This document shows positions 11,101 to 22,599 of a DNA stretch of 64,000 nt, piece after piece. Each line of letters starts with the position of its first letter. Within the stretch, counting starts at the first letter, position 1. The stretch covers positions 152,892,001 through 152,956,000 of the forward strand of contig NC_043000.1 of the NCBI RefSeq assembly GCF_006345805.1, written 5' to 3'. A model generated the notes under the pieces. That model did no database searches. It worked only from the letters and a program-made list of their open reading frames with translations, and was not told the origin of the DNA. The DNA is from Octopus sinensis. Its lineage: Eukaryota. Made by a program: the position numbers and the translations under genes.

Positions 11101-11770
11101 CAAAAAAATATTCTTTTTAATATTCCTTGTTGAAATTGTGTAGGGGGTGGGGACAGTATCACACATACTTATGAGCATTATATGGCACATCAGCATCGTT
11201 ACATTGTTTTCCATGATGGTATGAGTTGGATGGGTCATCACAGGTAGGTCTTATTTAGAATTACTGCCATCTAGATGCGTCAGGAACCATTTCTCATTTT
11301 CGTATTTAATTTGTGACAGGGTTTTTATATCTGGACGCCCTTCCTATTGTACTGGAAATATTTGTGCGTGACATTAGCATTGTTGAAGTTGTTTTGCTCC
11401 CTGCATTTCTAAAAACTCCTCTCTTCCTTGCCTTATCTCTGTTTCTTCCTTTCTTTCATACATAGCTAAGTGGGGAAAGAACCAGGTTAACCCTTTCGTT
11501 ACCAAACCGCCCAAAGCCGTCTGAAAAAAATTTTGGTTAATGTGACCAAACCGACCAAACCCGCCCATATTTACCTATTCATATTTAAATGAGAATATCA
11601 GAGCAAATCTCTTTAGTACATTTCTGAAAACAAATGATTATACTTCGTAAACAGTTCATCTACAGTTTTGTACAATGATCGAAGTGTAATTTTAATTCCG
11701 TGAATTTTGGGAGATTTTTTTCCGAAATTTGTTCCTATTGTGTTTTCAAAATTTGTAATTCTGACAAAAA

Positions 11771-12240
11771 ATGGATACGAATTTCATTATATCAAGCAGC
11801 GAGTCAGAATTCGAAGGATTTTCTACTGAAGACCTTGATAAATCTAACTCTATGACTGAAAAAAAAAAGCACGTGGTATTTGATAATGAATCTGATGTTT
11901 CATTTTCCGAAAGTGAAAACAGTGAATCCGAGAGCTCCGACAGCAATAAAGAAAATGAATTGGCACCTGAATGGAGTGAAAATTTAAAAAGTTTCTTTCT
12001 GTGATTTTTCTGAAGAAACTGGACCAAGCCACAGACTTTCCCAGGAGAGTAAAGCCTTAGACTATTTCTTTTTACTTTTTCGAATGAGCCTATCTGAAAT
12101 CATTACGGTGGAAACGAACCGTTACGCTAAATGTAAACAAAGTGAAAGAAAGGATAGTTTGTGGTTTCCCACAACCTTAAATGAAATTAAGACTATTTTG
12201 CCATAAATATTATTATGGGTATCAGAAAGCTACCCAGAAT
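11771..12240 (+). pseudogene. piggyBac (PGBD4-like) transposase N-terminal fragment
   Basis: An acidic Ser-rich N-terminus, then across frameshifts ALDYFFLLF, EIITVETNRYA, WFPTTLNEIK and IIMGIRKLP. Confidence 0.78.
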
Positions 12241-12279
12241 AACAAATTCTATCGTAAAATTTTGTTGTATACCCAATTG

Positions 12280-12364
12280 AAATTTTGTTCAAACATCGCT
12301 ATAGAAAATGGGTTATTAGCTAAGCTAATAACCCATTTTCTATAGCGATGTTTGAACAAAATTT
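12280..12364. repeat. Perfect palindrome with 42-bp arms and a 1-nt spacer
   Basis: 12280-12321 is the exact reverse complement of 12323-12364. Confidence 0.97.
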
Positions 12365-12644
12365 TAATTTTATATTTTGTTGAATTTACCTGTATCTACC
12401 TGCAATTAGAGTCACTTTGTGACAAAAATTATAGTATAGAATTGGTTGAGAACATTTCATTAAATTATCTTCCAAAAATCAAAAAGTTATAGTTGTTTAT
12501 TGAAACCATACTAAATTTATGATTACGTTAGAAATTAATTGAAACACATAAGGGGTGTATTTTGGTCAGAAATATAGTAACGAAAGGGTTAAGAGCACAG
12601 CAAATAAGTGGGAGAAGAGAACCCAAGTGATAGGAGCAAGAGAT

Positions 12645-12675
<31 letters not shown>

Positions 12676-13299
12676 TGCATGATGGTTGATAGTAAGGAGA
12701 TTGGCTAGAAGCAGTGCAACCAAAATGATATAAGAGAGAGTGAAGAAAAAGAGCCAAAGTGTGAAGGTGATAGAGGAGAGAAAGGGAAAGGAGAGAAGCT
12801 GGGTGAAGGATGGAGTTTTGAAAGTGAGAGTGTTGGGAAAGGTAGAGAGAATTAGTGATGAATGTAAATAATGAAGGAATAATGAGAGAGAAGTGAGAAA
12901 TGATGCAAAAGGATAATGAGGAGAGAGTCAAGTATAAGCAGTTCTATTGTGATGTCTTCCTTTGTTAGACATGAGAAGCAATTAGGAGATACTGAGGTGT
13001 ATTGTACTAGGAAAAGGGTGAGAGTAATAAATGAGTGAATAATGAAGGAGGGGGGGAGATTGGTAGAGGAAGAATCAATTTGAACACAATGGCTGGGAGA
13101 CACTTGAATATATATATATTATACACCTGAATCTCAATCATCATGATCATTTTCATATGCTTGTCCATTCCTGCATTGATTGAGTGGATCTTCTCCAACA
13201 CAGTATTTTGGGCTCATTAGGTCAGGTTAATCTTCATTACTTTGTCCCAGGCCATCCATAATCTCATTTTTCCTTTGTATACAATATAAAAGCATGATC

Positions 13300-13578
13300 G
13301 TTACCAGCGTCGTCTTACTGGCACCTGTGCAGGTGGCATGTATAAAAAGATTCGAGCAAGGTTGTTGCCAGTACCGCCTGACTGGCCCCCGTGCCGATGG
13401 CACATAAAAAGCACCCACTACACTCTTGGAGTGGTTGGCAGTAGGAAGGGCATCCAGCTGTAGAAACTCTGCCAGATCAAGATTGGAGCCTGGTGCAGCA
13501 ATCTGGTTCGCCAGCCCTCAGTCAAAATCGTCCAACTCATGCTAGCATGGAAAGCAGACATTAAACGATGATGATGAT
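13300..13578 (+). mobile_element. RTE-type 3' tail, subfamily C
   Basis: Repeat unit, then AAGCACCCACTACACTC...CAAGATTGGAGCC...ACATTAAACGATGATG. Confidence 0.85.
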
Positions 13579-13989
13579 ATCTGAACACAAACACATCCTC
13601 GCACAACATTTTCATTTCTTGTACTTTTTCAATGCTGGTGCGAGTTGGATGTTGCTGCTCATGTCTACTTTCATTGGGAATTACTACCCTCTGAAGGGGT
13701 CAGAGGACAAAGTCTCACTTGTATGTTCTATTTCAGCTTGGTTCTTATGGCTGGATGTTTTTTCCTATCACCAATCACTTTACAAAGTATACTTGATACA
13801 TTTTAGCATGGTACCAATACTAAAGAGGTTGTCATGTCTTTGACAAATCTAAAGCATTTCTCTTGATCCTATATTGTCTCTACTCGTTTGCCAATCAGTT
13901 TACAGGGTGTACTGAATACATTTTATGATGGCACCAGCACAAGAGAAATACTAGTCTGAATGGCTCCACTTGATCCTGTCTCCAACAAT

Positions 13990-14335
13990 TCGGTGCGAGA
14001 TGTCTATGTTGGTTGGGTCATGCCCTCCATCATCAACCAGGAGAATTCATCTATGAAGCAATTGCCCCAGCTCCCCTTCAGGGTTGGCGAAAGCGATGTG
14101 GTGGACAATGAAAAACCTGGCTGATGACAGTCAAGGCTGATCTGGAACCCAACCTGTGCCCCCATGACTACGGCGTTCACTGCTGGAATAAGGAGTGGTT
14201 GGAGATCATGTAGTCATTAGCCTCAAATCGCCAGGTCTGGTCAGCGTTTGTGAGAGATGCAGTATTGAGGATGAATGAAGCCAGCTCAACCCACCCTGGG
14301 TGAATGCTGTCTCAAGACAAGAAGACAAGACTTGA
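13990..14335 (+). mobile_element. Old RTE LINE ORF2 3' remnant
   Basis: Translation GWRKRCGGQ*KTWLMTVKADL...LASNRQVWSAFVRDA, followed by a CAAGACAAG tail. Confidence 0.65.
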
Positions 14336-14788
14336 TCCTGCACTGTCTCCACTTATTTGCCAGTTAGTTTACAGAAAGTACTGAGTGTATTTCATAGTAG
14401 TACCAGCAAACATCGGATGTCTTGTCTCTTACCACACTTTTACCACTCCCCACTATTTGTTTGCACAAGCTAATATTACTGGAAAGGAGAAGAGAAAGAG
14501 TAATGACAGAAAAACCAGGATGGATGGGTAATGAGAGGAAGAGTATGACAGCAGAAACTTAGTGGTTAGGTAGAGACGAAGAACAATGATAAGTATGAGT
14601 GGTAGATGTAAATAACCATCATCATCATCATCATTTAGCGTCCGTTTTCCATGCTAGCATGGGTTGGACAACCATGCTTTTCCAAATTTAATATCAAGTA
14701 TGTGTATGTGTTATGAAGTGTGTGTGTATGTGTGTGTTTCTCTGTCTGTCTCTCTATATGTATAATATTTATAATTCATAAGACCATG

Positions 14789-14995
14789 AGCTGGCAGAAT
14801 TGTTAGCACATTGGGCAAAATGCTTAGTGGCATTTTGTCCGTCTTTATGTTCTGAGTTCAAATTCTGCTGAATTCAACTTTGCCTTTAATCCTTTTCGGA
14901 TCGATAAAATAAGTACCAGTGAAACACTGGGGTCGATGTAATCAACTTATCCCCTCCCCAAAGTTGCTGGCCTTGTGTCAAAATTTGAAACCAAT
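14789..14995 (+). mobile_element. SINE family C (GCTGGCAGAA...GAGTTCAAATTC...CTGGGGTCGATGTAATC)
   Basis: Diverged match to the copies at 33621, 35483, 48148, 56236 and 63211. Confidence 0.8.
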
Positions 14996-15422
14996 ATTCA
15001 TCATTCATAATTATTGTTTGGTTTTACCTGCTAAATGCTTATCTTGTCCTCAGTAACCTTACTACTTGGATTAGGTTAATTTTGCTCTGCCATCAGCACT
15101 AAAGAGTTGTCTATAATGTGTAAGGTTTTATTCATAGTCACTATTCTCTTCAACAGGCTGTCTTCATTGCCAGTTATAACATCCACAACCCCTCTGTAAA
15201 AATTTTCATTTGGAGTTACTGTTTTACTAGACCAGTTGCCTTTGTTGTGGCTTTGCGAAGTCCACATCTCTCTCATTTAGACTTTTGTTTAGAGTCTATA
15301 ATGCTGGTATTATAACTCATAATGTATCTCTTGAAAATTACAATTATACATCTTTAGGTTCAGAAACCGGTAGGTGGAAGAGAGAAACAACAACTTTTGA
15401 GAGATTAGGGGAGAGAGTGAGG

Positions 15423-15632
15423 ATCATCATCGTTTAACGTCCGTTCTCCATGCTAGCATGGGTTGGACGGTTCAACTGGGGTCTGGGAAGCCTGAAGGCT
15501 GTACCAGGCCCAGTCTGATCTGGCAGTGTTTCTACGGCTGGATGCCCTTCCTAACGCCAACCACTCCATGAGTGTAGTGGGTGCTTTTTACGTGCCACCC
15601 GCACAGGTGCCAGACGGGGCTGGCAACGACCA
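15423..15632 (-). mobile_element. RTE-type 3' tail, subfamily A, 5'-truncated
   Basis: CATCATCGTTTAACGTCCG...CTTCCTAACGCCAACCAC...GTGCCACC. Confidence 0.88.
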
Positions 15633-16168
15633 TAAGAGATTAATGGTGGGTGGTAGAATAAGCATGTTAAAGGAGGAGAGTGAGAAAGATGTGATGAAGG
15701 AAACAGAGATATTCATGTGATAGAGAAGCGTGCAGAGAAAGAGGAGCTTGTGAGAGATATAGTGAAGGGGTACAGACAGGGTCCAGATGAAAGGAGAGAT
15801 GAAATGAAGGAGATAGCATTAAGTAGATGGAGAAAAAGGGACATGAGAAAGTGAGAAAGTGGGGGTATGTATGTCGTTTTAGAATAACAACATTGCCCTG
15901 GTGGAAAGAACACACATATCTCATTATCAGTTTTATGTTCTTTTTTTCCATGCTTGCATGAGTTGGATGGTATTTTGTTGAGGCAAATTTCGTATGGTTA
16001 GATGCTCTTCCTGTTGCCAACTCTCACCTGTTTCCAAGTAAGGTAATATTCCCCCATAACCAGACATGCTTTCATGGAAGATTAGGAAGTAATGAAATTG
16101 CTTGCTAGATGGTGACATTCATTTACAACTCAATATCCAGGAACAGAAACAGTAACACACGCACACAC

Positions 16169-16204
<36 letters not shown>

Positions 16205-16350
16205 GTAACAGGTTTCTTGCAGGTTCTGTCTACTAATTCCACTCACAAGGTATTGGTTGGGCCAGAGTAGATGACACTTGCCCAAGATGCCACACAGTGG
16301 TATTGAACTTGGGATCATGTGATTGGGAAGCTGTATTTATGGATATATAA

Positions 16351-16396
<46 letters not shown>

Positions 16397-16473
16397 GTAG
16401 TTGAAATTTACAGAAAAACAAAAGCTGAAGACAGGTGTGCAAACAACAAGCAGGTGTATTAGTTTCACACATA

Positions 16474-16626
16474 TGATGATGATCATCATCATCATTTAAC
16501 GTCCGTTCTCCATGCTAGCATGGGTTGGACGGTTTGACCGGGGATCTGGGAAGCCAGAAGGCTGCACCAGGCTCCAGTCTGACCTGGCAGTGTTTCTACA
16601 GCTGGATGCCCTTCCTAACGCCAACC
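16474..16626 (-). mobile_element. RTE-type 3' tail, short copy
   Basis: Same tail sequence, truncated at a (TA)n/(TG)n microsatellite. Confidence 0.85.
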
Positions 16627-16628
16627 AC

Positions 16629-16674
<46 letters not shown>

Positions 16675-16829
16675 GTATGTGTGTGTAGCCTATGTAAATA
16701 CATATGATGTGTATGTTGTACACTTGTAGGGAAAAGTGATATTTGGAAATCTGTGAAATTGTAGAAACTGTATATTATATCATATTCCATATATTGACTT
16801 TTTACAATTGTTTCATCATTTCATTACAG

Positions 16830-17009
16830 GAATGCTTTAGTTTTATTGCTGTTGCTATTCCCCATGCCATCAACGTATTGAAAGATGAACATGGGGAAGT
16901 AGCCTCAGTGCATCATTCAATGCAACGAAATCGCTGTTCACATGATGAAGATTCAAGCTGCAAAAATCAAACCAATCCGTTGCCAACCAGTTTCGGTCTC
17001 AGGGACAAG
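16830..17009 (+). CDS. Candidate 180-bp phase 0-0 host exon (unverified)
   Basis: Pyrimidine-rich tract TTTCATTACAG|GAATGC...GACAAG|GTAAAA. Only one frame is open: ECFSFIAVAIPHAINVLKDEHGEVASVHHSMQRNRCSHDEDSSCKNQTNPLPTSFGLRDK. Confidence 0.4.
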
Positions 17010-17134
17010 GTAAAATATTTAAAACTTTTTATTGATATTTTAATTTTAAAAAAACATTAAAGCTTGTCTGTATTCAATGTTTGTCTTCTGTGCCTCTGTG
17101 TGTGTGTGTGTATATATATATAATATATATATAT

Positions 17135-20100
17135 AATAATAAATATTAGGGAATAAATCCAAATTTACAGGGAAAAAATCAGATTTAGGATTAAATCCAA
17201 TTTTATAGTAAAATATTATAAAATATTATTAGAGACAAAACCACTATTTTGCAAAACAAACAAGGAAAGACTTAATCAATACATAAAATTTTAATAAATA
17301 GTCAAAAAAACCACCACTACAATTGTTTCTTGTCTTGATCGACAATCTTCAGGTGGACTTCCAATCTAAAATATCAATATTTTAAAATATAAAAATAATA
17401 ATTTTAAAATAATTAAAGTATGAATGAAAAAATATAAAATATAATCCATATATAACCTATATATAATCCATATATAATCAATATATAAACAATATATAAA
17501 CTAAAATAACCTATCAACAATTAAATATAAAATATAAAATATAAAATATAAAACAAACAAAAATAATAATAATATAATAATAAACTATATATACACCCAT
17601 ACACATATACCTAATTATATATACCATATCTAACTACATACACTAAATCACACCCCTATATATATATCCCTATACATACACATAAAAACGTCTAGGCAAC
17701 TATAAATAAATAAAATAGCTAAATACTTCAACACAATACTTATTCATACTCCCACACACACACACATACAACCCACATTCACGCTCTAGAAAACGGACAT
17801 CACTTAAAATTATGAACGGAGAAATGGAATAAATGGAATTAAAAATTATATTCACTTGGTAAAACGAACACTACTTAAAAATTATGAATGAAACAATGCA
17901 ATAAAACAACAGACATCGCAAATAGACACAAATTACTACGAATTCCTTAACAAACCTACCATGATAAACCAAAACTCATAAAAACATATAATGATAAAAT
18001 CTCCCTTTACTAAACTCTATAACATACCTATATAGCAATCCCCCTAACCTAAACATTCACATACAAATACACACACGTAAACCACACACCCACGACATAT
18101 ACAAATACCCACACCACTTACACATACCTATACATACATATAAACCTCAACATATACTCCAAAAACCCACTCAACCCCACACAGACAAATAAACACAAAA
18201 ATTATGAATGGATTCTTTTATAAAACTACCATGATAAGCTAAAACTCACAAAACATAAATGATAAAACCTCCCTTTACTAAACACTATAACATACTTATA
18301 TAGCAATCCCTTTAACCTATACATTCACACACAAATACACACACGTAAACCACACACCATAACAAATACAAACACCCACCCCACTCACACACACCCACAA
18401 GTACATATAAGCCTCAACATATACACCAAACAAAATTACTTTACCAAGGAACTTAACATATGTATAAAAAGTATAACCGCTCTGGAAACGAACATCTTTT
18501 AAAATAATGAATGGAGAAATGGAATAAATGGAATTAAAAATAATATTCACGTGGCAAAACGAACACCACTCAAAAATTATGAATGAAACAATGTAATAAA
18601 ACAACCAACATCGAAAATAGACAAATTACCACGAATTCCCTAAAAAAAACCATGATAAACCAAAACTCTTAAAAACATATAACGATAAAATCTCCCTTTG
18701 CTAAACTCTATAACAAACCTATATAGCAATCCCCCTAACCTAAACATTCACACACAAAAAACACACACGTAAACCACAGACCCACGACTTATACACATAC
18801 CTATACTAACTTATAAACCTCAATATACACCAAAAACCCACTCCCTCCCCACACAGACAAATTAACACATACATCCCAAAACCTAAATAACAAACCCATA
18901 TACACATTCACACACAACACACACACACGCAAACCACACACACACAACAGATACATATACTCCCTCACATATACGCATATACATACTCACTAAACTCGAT
19001 ATATACAACAATATTTACACACCCACACTCATACAGATAAATAAATTATACAACTAAAAACTCACACACAATCTCATATACATAAACACTCCAATAAAAA
19101 ACAACATTAAATACATCGTAATTAACCAGAATATCAAAAATAACAATATGACATAAGGAGAATAAAATACATACTTACAAGTCAGTTTCAAATTATGAAG
19201 TGAAATTAAATTCTTAGCCGTTAAAAAAACCAAACCAAAATTACGTTACCATAGAAATATAACTTATGTAAAAAAAGAATACGCGCCATGGAAAGTAAAC
19301 GTCATTTAAAATTATGAATGGAGAAATAGAATAAATGGAACTAAAAACTATATCCACGTGGCAAACCAACACTACTTAAAAAAAATTTATTATGAATGGA
19401 TTCTTTAATAAAACTACCATAATAAATTATTATATACAATTATGAGCTTTAGCTCATCTTAGCAGCTCTAACAAACAACTTGCAGTAACCCAAATCTATT
19501 CTCGATACCTGCCTTACTACTACACTATTCCATTCCCAATTCCAAGCACGCTAGCCCACCACCCGGTTACAATTCCCAACTCCACCCATTCATTCACAAT
19601 TTCAACGACGTTCAACTCCACAGCGCTACATATAAGCCTCAACATATACACCGGAGATTCGCTTTCAATCCGTGCGGATGGGTGAGAGTATACATTAAGT
19701 GTAGTGATGGGGCTCCCATTACTATACACATTTGTACCTGTGTGGTAGTCTCCATGTGTATATTCACGCACGGGTATAAATGCAGGGGGTACACGCGCAC
19801 GGCATGTACGTGTACCCCCTCACATGTACATATGCATGCTAGTTGGGCTCGACATGTGCAACAATGTAATCGCGCCCGCATACATGCATATAGGCGAGTT
19901 GCACAATCAAAATACGTACACGTGTGTGTGTGCGTTCCCTGGTTGTGCAATTCACCCATCTGGGTGTGAGTGGGTGTAAGCGTATTGCTGTGGATGTCGA
20001 GCTTGATACGTATGTATATGAGTGTGTATTGGGGGGTTGTACGTATTTATTGTGTGCATGTGCTTCACGCACGTGCGTCCATGTATGGATGATATGTTTC

Positions 20101-20420
20101 TTTATTAGCCACACAGGGCTGAACACAGAAGGGACAAATTACAAAGTATAGCTTTTCTTTTTGGGGAGAAAAAAAAAAACTAAAAATAATAAAAAAAAAT
20201 AAAAAGGGGGTAGGTTTTCGATCAAAAGTGATCGTAAAAAGACAGAAAAAAAAGAAAAAAACGATCAATAGGGATCATGTATCACAGAAATGTCATGATG
20301 TAAAGTGTAAAGGGGAAGCAGATAAGGTTTATCTGTGGAAAGAAAAGCCTACGGAACAGACCACGGTAACCTCGGTCAATAATGTCACATGTTAACATAT
20401 TTATTTGCAAGTAAGTAACT
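17135..20420. mobile_element. Composite low-complexity block with hammerhead ribozyme, internal direct repeats and a terminal foldback; probable Penelope-like element debris
   Basis: Hammerhead at 17314-17356. AC-rich units repeat at about 17780, 18480 and partially 19290. An inverted segment is centred near 19921. I recognise no RT or GIY-YIG ORF. Confidence 0.55.
17314..17356 (-). ncRNA. Intact minimal type I hammerhead ribozyme
   Basis: Minus strand CCAC-CUGAAGA-UUGUC gaucaa GACAA-GAAA-CAAUU-GUA-GUGG. Complete catalytic core, 4-bp stem I, 5-bp stem II, palindromic stem III (ACAAUUGU) and GUA triplet. Confidence 0.85.
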
Positions 20421-20627
20421 CTCTGTTTAAAATTTTTCGGGTTCATAGGATTATGTTCAAGGTAGCTTCGTCATTTGCCACTTTGTAATATTGTTAGCTT
20501 ATGATATTGTTCTATAGTACAGAAATGTTCTATATAGTATATAGTGTAAATGTAGCATGAGCATTCAAACATCGTTACTATCTTTCTAAAACTTGCTGCA
20601 TTTCACATAAAATTTTTGGTTCTTTAA

Positions 20628-20839
20628 CCCTTTCATTACCAACCTGACTGAAACTACCTCTGGTTCTGTAGTACAAATGTCAAGTTTTTAATTAAAATCT
20701 TCTGCCAAACCTTAGTCACAGTTTATGTTCCTAACACTAGCTGAATGATAACTAAGTTATTTTACTAAATTCTTTGTTATATTTAAAATTAATTGAAAGA
20801 AACACAGAGCATCTCAAAATAAATATGGTAACAAAAGGG
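20628..20839. mobile_element. piggyBac-like TTAA MITE
   Basis: TTAA at 20624-20627 and 20840-20843. TIR CCCTTTCATTACC/GGTAACAAAAGGG. Homologous to 46478. Confidence 0.88.
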
Positions 20840-21144
20840 TTAAAGTTATCTTGGTGTATAAGTTGATGTACCTGCTTTGGCTTTTAATTTTGGTATGAAA
20901 AATTCAACTTGTATGCCAGAAAATATAGTGAGTGACCTAAGCCTTAAAATATGTGTCTCTTATTTTTGAAAAAGGTATGTGGAAAGCGCAATCAGTTCTG
21001 ATTGAAAATGGATATCATTTCTACTATATCATCGAGAAGTTAGAATTAGGAAGCACTGCTCTCTGTAAAAACGTTTGCAATTCCAATCAGAAATTAGATG
21101 TAGTGTTATAAAAATAATTTTAATAAAGAAGAAAAAATTGTAAC

Positions 21145-21566
21145 TAGGCGCAGGAGTGGCTGTGTGGTAAGTAGCTTGTTTACCAACCACATGGTTCCGG
21201 GTTCAGTCCCACTGCATGGCACCTTGGGCAGGTGTCTTCTACTATAGCCTCAGGCCGACCGAAGCCTTGTGAGTGGATTTGGTAGATGGAAACTGAAAGA
21301 AGCCCGTCGTATATATGTATATATATATGTACATGTGTGTGTTTGTGTGTCTGTGTTTGTCCCCCGAGCATTGCTTGACAACCGATGCTGGTGTGTTTAC
21401 GTCCCCGTCTCTTAGCGGTTCGGCAAAAAGAGACCGATAGAATAAGTACTGGGCTTACAAAAAGAATAAGTCCCGGGGTCGAGTTGCTCGACTAAAGGCG
21501 GTGCTCCAGCATGGCCACAGTCAAATGGCTGAAACAAGTAAAAGTAAAAGTAAGTAAAAGTAAAGT
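21145..21566 (+). mobile_element. SINE family B, full length
   Basis: Head TAGGCGCAGGAG, internal microsatellite and (GTAAAA)n tail. Confidence 0.9.
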
Positions 21567-22381
21567 TTATGAAATAGAAAGAGTTACTTAAACAGCAAAC
21601 CTAATGTTTGCCAACTGTCTCTTGTCCTTCGGGTATTATCCTTTGGTAGTCTCCATCAGTTTATTTTACCATTACCAGAAAGACTTCAGTATTTTTAAGT
21701 TTAAACGATCCTTTCATTTCATACTCAGAGTTTCTGTCTCCAACTCTTTTGTCCTGCTGTTTTAGTTGTCTGTATGTCAGTCTGTCTGTTCATTCACCCA
21801 TCCCTTCCTCTGTCTGTCTGGTTACCTCATTCTCTGTCTATCTCTTTTTCACTCTTCAAATTTCTGAAATGTTCCCTTTACAACAACAAAGCAAAACAAA
21901 AACTACATCTCTCAGTTTCATTGAGTCACTAATCATTCTTCTCCATCCTACACTCACAGATACATACTCTTACCATTTTCATTGGAGTACAACAATAACA
22001 ACAACAACAACAACAATAATCCAAAAATTAAAAAGGAAAACTGTTCTCTTTTGTATTTTCAGCATTAATTTTAGTTGACAGCACGCTATTTAGGATGAAT
22101 GTTTTTTGTCATAAGAAACCCCTAAATTTAGAAACTGTATATTGTAAACAAATTTTAAATATTCTTTGTACACCCTGCACAAAAATGACACTAACAAACT
22201 GTGACATAAGCAACAATGACAAGAACAATGGTACATAACATACCAGGTAGTGTTTTGGAGATTGATGCTGGCATATTTGGTAGAATCAGTTAATTGTTAT
22301 CACAGCTTTAATTCACAAACTGTTAATTCTCCAAATCTCTGCAGTTCAAAATAATCCAACACTAAAATTGTTTTTTATATG

Positions 22382-22412
<31 letters not shown>

Positions 22413-22599
22413 CTATATATATCTGTAGAAAAGGCATGGGTAGAAATTCCATAAGATGTGCCCAGTGTAAGCTATAGACACATAAAAGGTGCAGCAATAT
22501 CAAAGGAAGGTTAACTGTGAAAATAGTTTGTGTGTGGCAGATACACAGGGGCAATAAACACCACCCTGTATATATGTATGTATATATGTCTGGTTTCGT

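Larger units (their letters stand above)
11491..12588 (+). mobile_element. piggyBac internal-deletion derivative
   Basis: TTAA TSD at 11487-11490 and 12589-12592. Perfect 12-bp TIR CCCTTTCGTTAC. Carries a transposase N-terminal fragment. Confidence 0.9.

Noticed and set aside
12600-13100. Purine-rich block with minus-strand Leu/Ser ORFs (similar blocks at 15640, 43400, 48750 and 57120)
   Set aside because: Low-complexity GA/CT-rich sequence with no recognisable domain.
19440-19690. Possible GIY-YIG or RT remnant for the Penelope-like block
   Set aside because: I could identify no motif in any frame, so the Penelope assignment rests only on the ribozyme and geometry.
22243-22358. Minus-strand exon-like segment with a GTATGT donor (a similar one is near 33530)
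   Set aside because: All three frames contain stops. It could be a UTR or lncRNA exon but cannot be supported from sequence.
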